Part shown: piece by piece, positions 49,583-62,770 of the stretch
Layout of the letters: the number at the start of each line of letters is the position of its first letter
Numbering within the stretch: position 1 is the stretch's first letter
DNA from: Octopus bimaculoides
Taxonomy: Eukaryota
Reading direction: 5' to 3'
Assembly: GCF_001194135.2 (NCBI RefSeq)
Contig: NC_068994.1
Coordinates: 17,786,766 to 17,850,765, forward strand
Length of the DNA stretch: 64,000 nt
Program-made: the position numbers and the translations under genes
Notes under the pieces: generated by a model
The model's database searches: none
The model's input: the letters and a program-made list of their open reading frames with translations, nothing else
What the model was told of the DNA's origin: nothing

Positions 49583-49794
49583 CCCATTAACATTTAAGCT
49601 GCATATATCTGGCCCAAATATTTTACTAGTTATATTTCAAACTGACCGGATCCAGGCTCTCACACCTATTTTACAGTGTCATTCTAAAAATAAACACTCA
49701 CATCATCAAAGTTTTAAAGTTATGAGATTTATTCATAACAATGGGGATAAAGAAACATTACATTTGACAGAGTAATAATGTAAATGCTAAAAGG
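49583..49794 (-). mobile_element. piggyBac-type MITE family 1
   Basis: TTAA on both sides; reverse complement of 12876-13094. Confidence 0.7.
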
Positions 49795-49914
49795 TTAAAT
49801 AAATTTAGATTATTGTAAACTAAAGGTGTAAAAAAAATTATCCCCCCCCCCCCCGATTCTTCACTACATTGGACACAGAAACATGGAACTACCTACTCAA
49901 ACACCTCTTTCTCA

Positions 49915-49946
<32 letters not shown>

Positions 49947-50385
49947 TACACACAAACAGTGACCTACAAAAGGTTTTTAGCTACCCTAGACTTTTTTTAA
50001 AATTAGAAATGTTTTCGCTTCTTTGTAGGTACATATATGAGTTTGTGCTATGCAAACTGGCACTCCGTCAGTTTCGACGACAAGGGCTCCAGTTGATCCA
50101 ATCAATGGAACAGCCTGCTCATAAAATTAACATGTATGTGGCTGAGCACTCCACAGACACATGAACCCTTAACATAGTTCTCAGAGAGATTCAGTGTGAC
50201 AAGACTGGCTAGCTGAGTGGACTGGAGCAACATGAAATAAAGTGCCTTGCTCAAGGACACAACATATCACCAGGAATTGAACTCATGAGCTTGCAATCAT
50301 GAGCCGAATAACCTAACCACTAAGCCACATGCCTTGACTCTGTGCTATGTATACTGTTTATATTAGTCAGACTGACACCCTCATC

Positions 50386-50547
50386 TTGATTGTTACTTTC
50401 ACTACATTTTGGCTGTTGTATGCTCCAGCCTTCTTCAGGTGTTCAGCGTTGAAGGCTTAGGTTTGAAATTCCGACACAACAACCAAGTTCAACACAAGAC
50501 ACCTGAAGAAGGCTGGCGTGTACAAATGTAGTGAAAGCAACAATCAA
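50386..50547. mobile_element. Palindromic Penelope-like remnant with two inverted, decayed hammerhead-like cores
   Basis: Arms 50386-50442 and 50499-50547 both read ACACCTGAAGAAGGCTGG...ATGTAGTGAAAG.AACAATCAA outward from the centre. Confidence 0.6.
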
Positions 50548-51038
50548 AATAAGGACACCACCACCATCAATATCATCTTTAAACATCCATGCTGGCATGA
50601 ATTGGACGGTTTGACCAGAGCTGCATTAGGTTCCAGTCTGAGTTGGCTTGGCTTCTACAGCTGGATGCCCTTCCTAATGCCAACCACCTTACAGAGTGTG
50701 CTGAGTGTGTTTTATTTATGTGACACTGGCATGGGTGCTCTCACATGACGCTGGTACAGGTGCTATTAAATGGCGCCAGCATGAATACATTTTACATAGC
50801 ATCAGCACAAGTGCCCTTATGTGGCACCACCACAAGTACTACTATGTGAAGCTGGCACGGGTGCTTTTTATGTGGTGCCAGCAGAGGGTTCTTATAGGTC
50901 AATCTTTATGAACAGTATACATTATATATAAATTCCTCATTTCAGAAATATAGAATTGAATTTGAGGTATTGGATTGTCATTTTAATTTGATAAAACACA
51001 ATTAAAGCCAGAGAGAAAAATTGTAGAAGAGTTTACAT

Positions 51039-51201
51039 GTGGCTGTGTGGTAAGTAGCTTGCTTAACAACCACATGGTTCTGGGTTCAGTCCCACTGCGT
51101 GGCACCTTGGGCAAGTATCTTCTACTATAGTCTTGGGCCGACCAAAGCCTTGTGAGTGGATTTGGTAGACGGAAACTGAAAAGAAGCCTGTCGTACATAT
51201 G

Positions 51202-51272
<71 letters not shown>

Positions 51273-51488
51273 ATATATGTTTGTGTGTCTGTGTTTGTCC
51301 CCCCAACGTCGCTTGACAACCGATGCTGGTGTGTTTACGTCCCCATAACTTAGTGGTTCGGCAAAAGAGACCGATAGAATAAGTACTAGGCTTACAAAGA
51401 ATAAGTCCTGGGGTCGATTTTCTTGACTAAAGGCGGTGCTCCAGCATGGCCGCTGTCAAATGACTGAAACAAATAAAAGAGTAAAGAG
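51039..51488 (+). mobile_element. SINE family A, young copy
   Basis: Near-identical to 16746-17152; a double-headed diverged copy follows at ~51695-52240. Confidence 0.85.
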
Positions 51489-53293
51489 TATGTAATTGTA
51501 GCCAGTATCAATTTCAAAAATCCAACTGAGAAATAGCTCAAGTTTTTAGTATTAATCATTAAACTGAGAATAAGGTTAGCATTAGAGTTAAATTTAGTGA
51601 TTATAAAAACATAGAATTTGTGTTTTTATTCTTTTTGCAGAATCATTATAATCTCCAGTGTTTAAAATATGGAAAGCCAAAGAACTTTTCTAAAGGTACA
51701 AGCATGACTGAGTGGCAAGAAGTTTGCTTTCCAATCACATGGTTCTGGGTTCAGACCCACTGCATGGAACCTTGGGCAAAAGTCTTCTACAATAGCCTCA
51801 GGACAACCAAAGCCTTGTAAGTGGATTTGGTAGATGGAAACTGAAAGAAGCCCATTGTGTGTGTGTGTGTGGGGGGGGCTGCATGGTAAAAAGCTTGCTT
51901 CCCAACCACATAGTTTCAGGTTCAGTCCCACTGCATGGCACCTTGGGCAAATGTCTTCTACTATAGCTTGAGGCCAACCAAAGTCATGTGAGTGAATTTG
52001 GTAGACAGAAACTGAAAGAAGCCCATCATATATATGTGTGTGTGTATCTGTCCCCCACCCACTGCTTGACAACCAGTGTTGGTGTGTTTACATACCTGTA
52101 AATTAGTGGTTTGTTAAAAGTGACTAATGGAATAAGTACCAAGCTTAAACAAGAAGCACTGGAGTCAATTGAACTAAAAATTCAAGGCATTTCCCCAGCA
52201 TGGCCAGTCAAATGACTGAAACAAGTAAAAGATAAAAGATAAAAAGAAATTTTCTAAAAAATTAAAAAGTAAAAAATTTATAGAATTTGGGGAAGAATTG
52301 TTATTGCACAACTCCATATATTTTATGGATGTACATGTATGTGGAACATGCATGTTCATATATTTGTCTTATGTTACGCACTTTGTGAGCTCTAGTATCA
52401 AAGAGTGAGAGTAAGAGAGGCAGAGTGTATGACGCCTGAATACAAAGTGTGATGCTGTATTGGAATGAGATATAGGCTGTGAATGTGGTACAGATGTTTT
52501 TGCTTTCCTGCTAATGTATTTACAAAATTGACAAAGATCAACACCCATTGTATAAATAGTTATTAGTAGAAACAAAAAGCAACTTCAAAAGAGAAGACAT
52601 TGGAAGTTAAGAGTGCCTTCAGCTGGTTGTAAATCCAGAGATTTTGTAGCTTATGACAGAAAAGAGGAGATAGAGATTTATAAAATGGAGCAAAACCGGA
52701 AATTTCTTTAAAGTAATCTGTTGAGGATTGCTGATCAAATCTGTGTTCAAAGAAAAGCCCCCAACCAAATTGAAAGTGATATGGTAGTGAAATAGTGAGG
52801 TAGAGTTATAATAGAGAAGAGACATGTTTAGAAAGACAAGACTGGAAGAGGGAAACAGAAAGTGACACCAAATAGCTACCAAAGAATACTAGAAACAGGA
52901 AGAGGACCAGAGGCATTCTAGATTACAAGACAGTGTGCTGGGGAAAATCAATGTCATTAGGGAGAGGTATGTACAGAGTGAAAGAGGCACATATGTACTG
53001 AACACTGATTAAGAGACAGAAACACTATTATAAAAGGTTGTTGAATGAGGAGTGTACATGAGAGAAAGAGGTCTTACTCCAAGTAGACTTGCAGCAGTAC
53101 AGTTGATAGAACAATTTAAGATATGAGAGTACAGTTGCTGAGATGATTGAAATGTTTGGCAAATTGGAACATGCACTAGTTACGAGCATAGTAAATCAGG
53201 AAGATTTTATTACAGTCACAGCCATGATTGGCATAGCTGTATCATCATCAATGGCTACAAAGCCAAAAGAAATTACAGAAGCATCAAGTTGAC

Positions 53294-56200
53294 TGTTATG
53301 GAAGAATTCTGAACACCCCCACATGACTGAAGTTGGACTAACCGATTACAATAAATAAGAGCTGAGTGAACTGTCAAGAGCATAGTTTGACAGTGTTAGT
53401 CCGACTGTATTGGTTTACCGTGTTAGTTTGACATATGTTGGCTTAACAGTCAGTAGTAGTACAGTGAATACTGAGTATAGTACCTACATTCAAGTAGTAT
53501 GGAGTGCGTTCTGTGTTAACATATATTTCTGAGATAGGTTATTTTTTAGATAACCACAACCAAGTATTTATTTGTGTAATGCTATTTCATACCAGACGTG
53601 TATACCCATGTTATAACACTTTTGGTGATGAGATTATTCGAAGCTCATACTGGACAGATTGTTGTTGGAACATGGAAGGTTTACTAGCTTCAGTAATTCA
53701 ATTACAGTAGCAACAACAACAGCAACAGTAACTGTTAGTACAATTGATACAGAAGGAAATAGAAAATACATCTAGTTTGTTAACCCTTGACATGGTTGCA
53801 AACTCCATCTTTCTTGCTTACTTTAGAAGGTATGAGGAAATTTTTAGTGAAGAATGCTCCAATTGCAAGACGAGGAAAAGAAAAATCGACTTTTGTTGAG
53901 AAAGTTGGCACCAGTCAAGCATGAGAAATATTGCAATTACATATTACCAAAGAAACCAGGTGAAGTCTGTTTTGAAGAAATGGTAAATATTCTATCAAAG
54001 GTTGCAGTGAAAAAGCTCTTTATCTAATACACGTTTGGCAATGCATGAATATTACAAAAAAAGAGGACGAAGATTTTATTACATACGCTGGAATCGTTAA
54101 TAGGGAATGCAAGAAATTAAAAATTAATGAACTAACAACAAATATGTTTAAATGCTTAATTTTCGTGCAAGGTTTAACAGCAAAGAAAGATGTGGAAATT
54201 TGTAACTGAATTCTGACTAAACTAGAACAGAATCAGAAGCTAACACTACAAGAAATATCTGAGGAATGCCAGAGAATAATAAACCTAAGGCATGATACGG
54301 TGCAAATTGAAATGAGAAACTTCTCTCATATAGTCAGTGTGACTGAAAGTAAGAAATGAAAAGCAGAAAATTAACTCTCATATACAAGCAGGGCAACCAA
54401 AAGTAAGAAATGAAAAGCAGAAAATTAACCCATGTTTTGGATGTGGAGAATTACACTACAGATTTGGCTGTCCTTATAAAAACCGAAAATGCTTCAAGTT
54501 TGGTAAGATAGGTCATAAAGAATCACACTGTAAAATAAAACCTAGGGAATGGTTCAACAGAAAAAATCGTGGAAACAGTTTAACAGCGACAAAAAATACA
54601 AACAAGACTCAAAGGAAATTTGTGTATGTAAAAATTAATAATACAAATGTAAAATTACAGTTAGATACAGGTAGTGACATTACCCTAATTAATAAAAACA
54701 CATGGAAAACAATTGGGAAACCTACAATACAGAAACTTTGAAGATTGCATGTGGAGTCTCAAGGAATAAATAAATTTTTAAAGGCAAAATTATCAGTAAT
54801 GTTACATTCCACAGTAAGACTATAAAAGCAAAAGCTTGTGTATTAAAAAATACAAGCAACCTTTTTGGAACTGACTGGATAGAGCTGTTTGACTTATGGG
54901 ATTTACATATAAATAATTTTGGTAAAAATGTAATGAGGTTGTGCACCAGTTCAAATACAGAGTCAGAAAATTTATAAACAGAAATGAAAAGGTTGTTCCC
55001 TGATGTGTTTTTTTTTCAGACGTGTTGGGTTAGTTGCAATAAATTGAAAGCAAAATTTCAGGTAAAAGAAAATTCATTACCAGTTTTCAAACTCAAATGC
55101 ACTGTACCGTTTGCAGCACTGGAATAAGTGAACAAAGAATTAGACAGAAGGGAAAAAATGGGAGTGATTGAAAAGATCAACTATTCAGATCTCCAACAGT
55201 GTATGTAAAAAAGAAGAACAATAAAATTCGTGTATGTGCAGATTTCTCAATGAGACTAAACAAATGTTTAAGACAATATAACTACACATTATCTAGCTCT
55301 GAGTAAATCTTCCCGAAACTAAATGGTGGTAAATTGTTCTCAAAATTAGATCTTTCTGATGCTTACTTACAAATAATAGTGAAAGATGAATGTACTAAGC
55401 TACTAACAATTAATACCCATAAAGGTCTGTACAAATTTAACCAGCTCCCGTTTGGCATAAAAGTTGCTCTGGTTATGTTCCAACAAGTGATGGATAAAAT
55501 GCTTGCAGAGAATGATTTTGCAGTGGCCTACCTGGATGATATATTAATTAAGAGTGAATCCTGAGATCAGCATGTTGAGCATGTGAAATATGTTTTTGAA
55601 AAAATAAGAGATTACAGTTTCAAACTGAGTGAAGAGAAGTGCAAATTTTTCTTGCCTAAAATTAAGTACTTAGGATAAATTATTGATAAGAATGATCATT
55701 GAACAGATCTGTCGAGGGCAGATATGATTAAAAATATGCCCCCTCCGACAAATAGGTCTACCTTACAAGATTTTTTTGGACTTACAAACTATTATCAGAT
55801 TTATATATCAAATATGCACAAGGTAAGAGCGCCACTAAATAATTTACTAAAAAAAGATTTAAAGTGGAATTGGTCTGAAAATTGTCAGAAGGCATTCGAC
55901 AAAATTAAAAAAAATATTAACATCAGATTTGTCTTTAGCACATTTCGATCCTGCATTGAGATTCTATTAGCTTCAGATGCCAGTGAGTTTGGTATCAGAG
56001 CAGTAATTCTACATAAATACGAGAATGGTTACATGAGGGCCATGGCCCATGCTTCATGTTCTCTGCTACCAGCAGAGAAAAATTACAACCAAATTGACAA
56101 AAATGGATCTAGCAATTATTTTTGCCATAAAAAAATTTCAGATTCTTACACAGTAGAAGTTTTCAACTACAGACTGACCATCATCCATTATTATATGTAT

Positions 56201-56807
56201 ATGGGTGGCACGTAAAAGCACCCACTACACTCTCGGAGTGGTTGGCGTTAGGAAGGGCATCCAGCCGTAGAAACTCTGCCAAATCAGATTGGAGCCTGAT
56301 GTAGCCATCTGGCTTACCAGTCCTCAGTCAAATCGTCCAACCCATGCTCGCATGGAAAGCGGACGTTAAACAATGATGATGATGATGGGTGGAAGAAAGG
56401 AATGCCTACCCATACTGCTAATAGATTGCAATGCTGGGGTACTATATAACTAAATTATGATTTTAAGATGCAGTTTATACCATCTAAGAAATTAGGACAT
56501 GCTGATTGTTTATCAAAATTGATGCAAAAAAAAATACTGAAGTGTTTGAGGATACCGTGATTGCAGCATTGTGAACAGAAAAAGAAATTAAAAATGTTTT
56601 ATGTAATGTTGTACAAGAATTACCAGTTACATTAGAAGAAATCAAACTAAAAGCAGAAAATGATGAATTTATTAAAAAATATGAAAGGAATTCTGAGTGC
56701 TGGAAAAAGAAATTTATTTTTAAGAAAGTTATTTTTAGATAACCACAGGCAAGTATTTATTTGTGTAATACCATTTTACACCAGACATGTATACCCACAT
56801 CATAACA
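53294..56807 (+). mobile_element. Ty3/Gypsy LTR retrotransposon, decayed, lacking integrase and most of the 3' LTR
   Basis: 5' LTR TG..CA at 53294-53618; PBS TGGTGATGAG; gag with CCHC-like knuckles; protease LDTGS; RT YLDD; RNase H DAS; 3' LTR tip 56733-56807 matches 53544-53618; 5-bp TSD TTGAC / CTGAC. Confidence 0.9.
56206..56387 (+). mobile_element. Young RTE 3' tail inserted in the Gypsy RNase H region
   Basis: CpG-retaining family tail; ATGGGTGG repeated at both junctions; the Gypsy frame resumes afterwards (GWKKGMPTHTANRLQ). Confidence 0.85.
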
Positions 56808-59802
56808 CTGACGGCCAAGTTTTGAAAATTATAGAGTTATAGCATAACTGATTAAGAAAAGAATTAGATGAGATGAGATGAAGTTTGGATTTCTACTGGG
56901 AAGAGGTACTACTGATACCCTCTTCATAGTGAGACAATTGTAAGAAAAATTCTTGGCTAGGAGTAAGCCAGTGCATCCAGCATTTGATAGGCCTGGAGAA
57001 GGTCTCTGTCACGGTTCCTCACTCTGGTGATTGTTGGGGAAACTAGTTGGAAAGAGAGTGCAAGCCACCATGTACAGAAGAGCAGCCAGGGAAGTGATAC
57101 GGACCAATGAGTACAGTGATGATTTAGTATGCATGTAAGGATCCATCAGGCCTGTTCTCAGTCCCCTATATACCATAGTAGTCTAAGTGATAACAAAGGA
57201 GTTTAAGATCAGTTGTCTTAAGAAAACTCCTACTTGATGATGACCTACTTCTTATAACTAAATCTGTAGAAGAATTAGGGAAGAAATTCCAGACTTGGAA
57301 GCAAAACCTAGAGTTGAGAGCTCTTCAATTAAACTTAACAAAAACTAAAGTATTAGTAAGTAGGAAAGAAAACAGGACTCTGCTACCACCAGAAAAGGCT
57401 GTACTTTATAAGTAGAAAAGGAGTGGTAGAAAATTCTATAGGGTATGCTAAGTGTAAACTGTAGATGCACAAGAGGTAAAGTGGAATTACAAGTAGTCTA
57501 ATGAAAAAAGTAGACATGTGGTGGCAGTAAGCATCAAGAACATGTAAAATAGATTCTTTGAAATGTTCTGATAGTCCCTCAGAAGTAGCTGATAACTTCT
57601 GTTACCAAGGTGACCCAATTTAGCAGTGTAGGTGGTAGGTATGCTTTGAAAGCATAAAAAGTTACAGTAGAGGTTGGACAAAATTTCAGGGACCTATTAA
57701 CTTTACTGGTAACAAATGTTTCTCTCTTGGGGAGGATAGATTGTATGATGTTTGTGGACAAATGTGATGCTACATCAAAATATGGCACAAGGCCTGATGC
57801 AGAGGGTTTGCAAAGGCTAGAACGAAAAGCAGCAAGCATGCTTTGCTGGATGCATAATATTAATATAAATAGACTGCAAATGATTTGAAAGAAAACCTGG
57901 ATATAAGAGGAATCAAATGGAGTGTAAAAGAGAAGATTGTGCTGGAATAGCTATGTGTTATGTATGGGGGATGACAGTTGAACAAGGAAGTGCCATGTTT
58001 TAAAAATAGATGGAAACTGTGGAAGAGGGAAACCTAAGAAGACATGAAATGAAGTAGTTAAATCTGATCTCAGGATGTTAAGCCTCAAAGAGATAACAAA
58101 GGACCCCAATGATGAGTGACATGCAGTCTTGGAAAGGACTCACCCACCCATGCAAGTATGGTGAAATGAGTATATTAAAATGTTGGTAATGAAGAAGGCT
58201 GGGAAGTACATCTACATTTAAGTCCTGCGTGTCTGTTAAATCTGTTTGCTGCCTAAACCCTCTCGTCAACTGTGTAGAGATGACAATGTCAAAGAAAAGA
58301 CCCAACGTTTCCTCTGCATGTTGTAAAAGGTGACAAAAAGAGGTTAAAGTAGGTTTTGCATTCTGACCTAGTAAAACCCTCATCAACAAATATGCAAACA
58401 GACCCAAGTGTTGGAAGGTTGGAGGGGTGCAAAAGTGTCATCTACCAGGAGTAGGAAAGCACCAACAAATGGTGGATGCAGCAACACATTGTTACAACAC
58501 ATGCCCCCATACTACTACTATTACCATCAACCATATCACTCTTTTCTCTATCACTAGGCCTATGCATTGCTTTCAGATCCATTTGTACTCAATTCACTAT
58601 CACCAGTCTTTCTGTAGTACCAGTCATCATTCCCACTTCTCAGATCACTTATTATTGATTTTAAACTTTCTTTTGCCAACGTTCATCTTTATGCATCCTT
58701 ATCCCACTGTTTCTACCATCATACTGCTGTTCCTTCACTCACTTATCTTGGTTTTCCTTGTCATTGCCCTAACCACTATCCACCACCTTGGTCCCTTTGC
58801 TTTCAGTGAACAGACACATCACCAAGTAAGGAGGTCTCTTTTGTTTTGTGTGATAGAAGGCAACCTTACTCATGCTAATGCCATGTACACTCTGTGCACC
58901 CAGTACACTCTGTGAAGTGATTAGTGACAGGAAAGGAATTCAATCATAGAAAACAAGCGAGAAATGAAATGCACAAGTGAGACATATCCATCTGACCCAT
59001 TTAAGAGGGTAGTAACAAATATGATTTTAAATTGCATCCAGTAATGGGACCCTGGTTTGAGAGCTCCAAGGTTTGGAGGAGTGTGGAACCACCTCTCAGC
59101 CACTATTGTTCCCAGGTCTACTCTGACCCAGAATAGCAGCAAATATCAGGTTTCCAGTTATGGGTTAATTAGCATGTCATGGAAGAAATTCCAAACATAA
59201 ACTCTCACAGCCTTGGGAAATGAAAGGTTAGGGGAGTCAACCACAGCAGTAAATCAGGGTGTAGAGTCCCTCAGGCAGTCTGGTGACATCTTTGATGCCC
59301 TTCTAGCAATTCCAAGGTAGGTGGAGTTCTCCAGCCCTGTAAAGTAATTCAACTAGGAGAAAGCCACTCCAATGTGAAACCTACAGCTTGCAGGTTACCA
59401 CAGCTGTCTTAGTCCACTGAGCAACTGTGGTCAGACCTCCAAGTCTAAAGAGTGAAATTAGATTGCATGAACTGATTCTCACTTTAAAACTACCAAGTGC
59501 AGGCAAGAAGGAAAAACCCTGCAACATCAAGGATTGTTGGGGAAACTAGTTGGAAAGAGAATGCAAGCCACCATGTACAGAAAAGCAGCCAGGGAAGTGA
59601 TACGGACCAATGAGTACAGTGATGATTTAGTATGCATGAAAGGATCCATTATGAGGAGTTGCTGAAAAGTTCCTGGCTTTTAAGGGTATTGTGAAAGGTC
59701 TGCTTGGAGGTCCAACCTTCCCAGTTCTTTTACAAAGCTTAGAAAAAACTGAAGGACTTCTACAATAAATGTGTGAATTTGGGAGTTGATATTACAAAAC
59801 AA

Positions 59803-60100
59803 TTATGATTCCATTTTATGTGAAGTTTAATTTAAATATTCTTGAACATAATTTTTAATTACAGATTTCCTGGGCTGTAATATCAAGTTTTACCCACTTC
59901 TACAGCAGCAAATCTTTGCATAACCTCAATTCATTTAATGTTATCACCTTAACTCATGCACTAAAAATTGGAACAAGAAGAGTGTTTTTTTTTTAATAAA
60001 CTGAATATTTATTATGTGCAATGTCATTGCATATCAATACCATTGTGCAGAACTTAAAATATCTAAACTCAGTATACAATCAGCACATTAAAATGTGAAT
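59803..60100. repeat. Unclassified ~290-bp interspersed repeat, CpG-decayed copy
   Basis: Collinear with 62145-62385 plus 62730-62770. Confidence 0.8.
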
Positions 60101-61559
60101 CTGAGAGGGGAATATGTTGAATAAGATCATAATTAACTGATCCTCCTGTATTTTGTTTTTTATCCAAAGCTAGAACTTTTCAACACCCCTTGTAACCACT
60201 TGAGGGCGTGCCTCTTTTTCCCATGATCTTCAGATATGAAAAAACTGCCATCACATCATCATCATCATCCTTTAATGTCTTTTCTCCATACAGGCATGGA
60301 CTGGATGGTTTGACCAAAGCTGGCAAGCAGGAGAGTTGCACCAAGTTCCAGTCTGATTTGGTTTGGCTCCTACAGTTGGATGCCCTTCTTAACATCAACT
60401 ACTATGTGTGCTGGGTGCTTTTAACATGGCACTAATGCCAAATAAAAACTGTCTTGGATTACACTGAGCTATCCAACCCATGCCAATATGGAAAGTAGAT
60501 ATAAAATGATGATACTACTATGTAGCGATGTGAATCAATAGGCTAGAATTCTCGAGTATGTAGTTTCAAGATATCATCAAGTAATAAAATAAATCTATCA
60601 GCATAAATGTTTGTCAATATCCACCAAATATTGTCAAACCTATATCTAACATTCTCTAAAAGCACGGCTATTTGATTAGGGTTCACTTTCCCAACACAGC
60701 ACTTTATGTTTCTTCTGCCATAGTTTTTGGTTCGCCAATGTATTGCGTGTGGAATTTGGTGGATGAAAACTGTGTGGAAGCCCTTCGTGTATAGTGTGTG
60801 CATATATGTGTACACGATGGGGTGGAGGAGAGATGTAGGCGCAAATACAGTAAAGGGTTTACGCCACCGAAGGGAGATAACTCTCTAAAAGTAACTCAAT
60901 AGGTGAACTCAACCAGTCAGTAAAGAGAAATCGTTAAAAACGGGAACCAGGTTAAGTTACTAGGGTAGATCCTGCTTGGTCGCAGTCTAATTACTAAAAC
61001 AATAAAATATATATTTACGCACGTAAGACTAGAACATTTGACTTTCATTTTAGTTTCAAGATAAAAACTATCAGTTTACTAAAATGTAGAATACCTTGAC
61101 ATAAAAAGATAAGGCATTTAACTTTTTAATGTTAAATTTTACACTATAGTTTCAAAAGTTTGTATACATCTGTTGTTTACCTTAAATATCTTTCCTTAAT
61201 ACATTCATCCTTTAGAGAATTATACGAAAAAAAAAGTTAAAACCAAATTTTGTTATTAAACATACATAAATACATACACACATACCTAAGACAAAAACTT
61301 GCACTTGACTATTCATAGATTTTCTGTAATAGTTGTAGATAATCTTTAGAAAGGACTACTTTACTTTAAAGCACATATTCTTGTCATTCACCGGTAACCT
61401 CAAAACAATCTTATGAATTATCTTTCGAAATATTTTCGGATATTAGATGAGTTTTTCTTCTGGTCAGTGAAATAAGCATTAGTTGTTCAATTTATTCAAA
61501 ATATGAGCAGGAATATATTTTACAAAAGAATAACTAGAAAAAAAGGGGGAGGGGAGAGA

Positions 61560-61830
61560 AAAAAAACAAACAAACAACAACAATGCAGCACCAAGTGCTT
61601 CAGTTGGCCGCACACCAAAAGATGCAACTGTCCCTACTGAAGCAAGCCAGCACGCTCGCATTACCATGGGCGTTGGCGAGGCTAAGACGTGGAAAAGCCA
61701 GGTACCCTCACGGACATCACCAGATACCTCGGTGAGGCGAGCTGCTAATGATGACAATAACTTCGCTGTTAGTGGCCCAGTCCCTCCAAACATCTCAGGC
61801 AAGAAGAGATAGTTCACTGTCAGCGATATA
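61560..61830 (-). mobile_element. CRE-like (RLE-type) non-LTR retrotransposon 3' end
   Basis: EMFGGTGPLTAKLLSSLAARLTEVSGDVREGTWLF, then a 1-nt frameshift to RLSLANAHGNASVLA, matching the CRE-like C-terminal motif WLFQRLSLA..RGNA. Confidence 0.65.
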
Positions 61831-62144
61831 CTTCAGGGGTTTTTCCCCCGTTCGGCAATGTTTTGATAATGCTTCGCTCAAAAATGTCTTAGAAATTATT
61901 GACATAAACTAAATTTATAAAATAAAATAAAAAATCTATATCCACCTAGGCTGTTTTTTAAGCCGTTATTCCGAGCAAATAATTTATGGAATACAATATA
62001 TGTATCGATTAAGTACCTATCAAACTTTTCATGTGATCAAAACGAATGTTCTATCATACGAGATGTTTCGATGAAGGAACTGTCAACATTATTGTAAACA
62101 ATTTCACTCCGTAACAGCTTGTTTTATATATTTTTATAAAACAG

Positions 62145-62770
62145 TAATGATTCCATTTTATGCGAAATTTAATTCAAATATTCTTGAACATAATTCTTGA
62201 TTACAGAATTCTCGACCTGTAATATCGAGTTTTACCCATTTCTAAAGCTGCAGATTTTTGCATATCCTCAATTCATTTACTGTTATTACTTTGACACAAG
62301 CACTAAAAATCTGAAGTATTTTTTTTAATAGACCGGATATTTATTATGTGCAATATCGTTGAATATCAACACCATTGCGCAGCACTATTCTGGCCATCGA
62401 CAAAAAGCAATGACGATTACTTGCTATATAAATTAGTCATCAATTATGATGGCATATTTATTTGTGTAAGAAAAATAGTATATTTAGTATTTGATATTTA
62501 AAATATTATAACAGCAAGAAACAATATGTTGCTACATATTCAATTTCAAAGCGTTTAGAGATGCAATGGCAGAGCGAATAAGGTATCAATCTCTCAACTG
62601 GAGTGTCGTGAGTTCGTGCTGCATCTCTGGCAAGGTAAAAAGCAGAGATGGATAGAGGAAATTATAACGAATAGTTTGTTGGGGAACCTGCAGAAAGCGA
62701 ATCCTTAAACACGAAATGAAAATGAAACTTAAAATCTAAACTCGGGTATATAATCAGCACATTAAAATTT
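62145..62770. repeat. Second copy of the ~290-bp repeat, CpG-intact, split by an ~340-bp insertion containing a tRNA-like SINE head
   Basis: Alignment to 59803-60100 breaks at ~62385 and resumes at ~62730; A/B-box-like TGGCAGAGCGAA and GAGTTCG at ~62566-62617. Confidence 0.75.

Larger units (their letters stand above)
52330..58200 (+). mobile_element. Old decayed RTE LINE body, split by the Gypsy insertion
   Basis: NYRSIKLT at ~53270 continues after 56812 as QVLKIIE...EMKFGF; later HQ..VLSP, DDDLLLI and NLTKTKVLV remnants. Outer limits approximate. Confidence 0.65.

Noticed and set aside
51641-51695. Apparent plus-strand exon with a strong acceptor and ATG (MESQRTFLK|GTACAA)
   Set aside because: The donor is the first bases of a decayed family A SINE head, and no partner exon was found.
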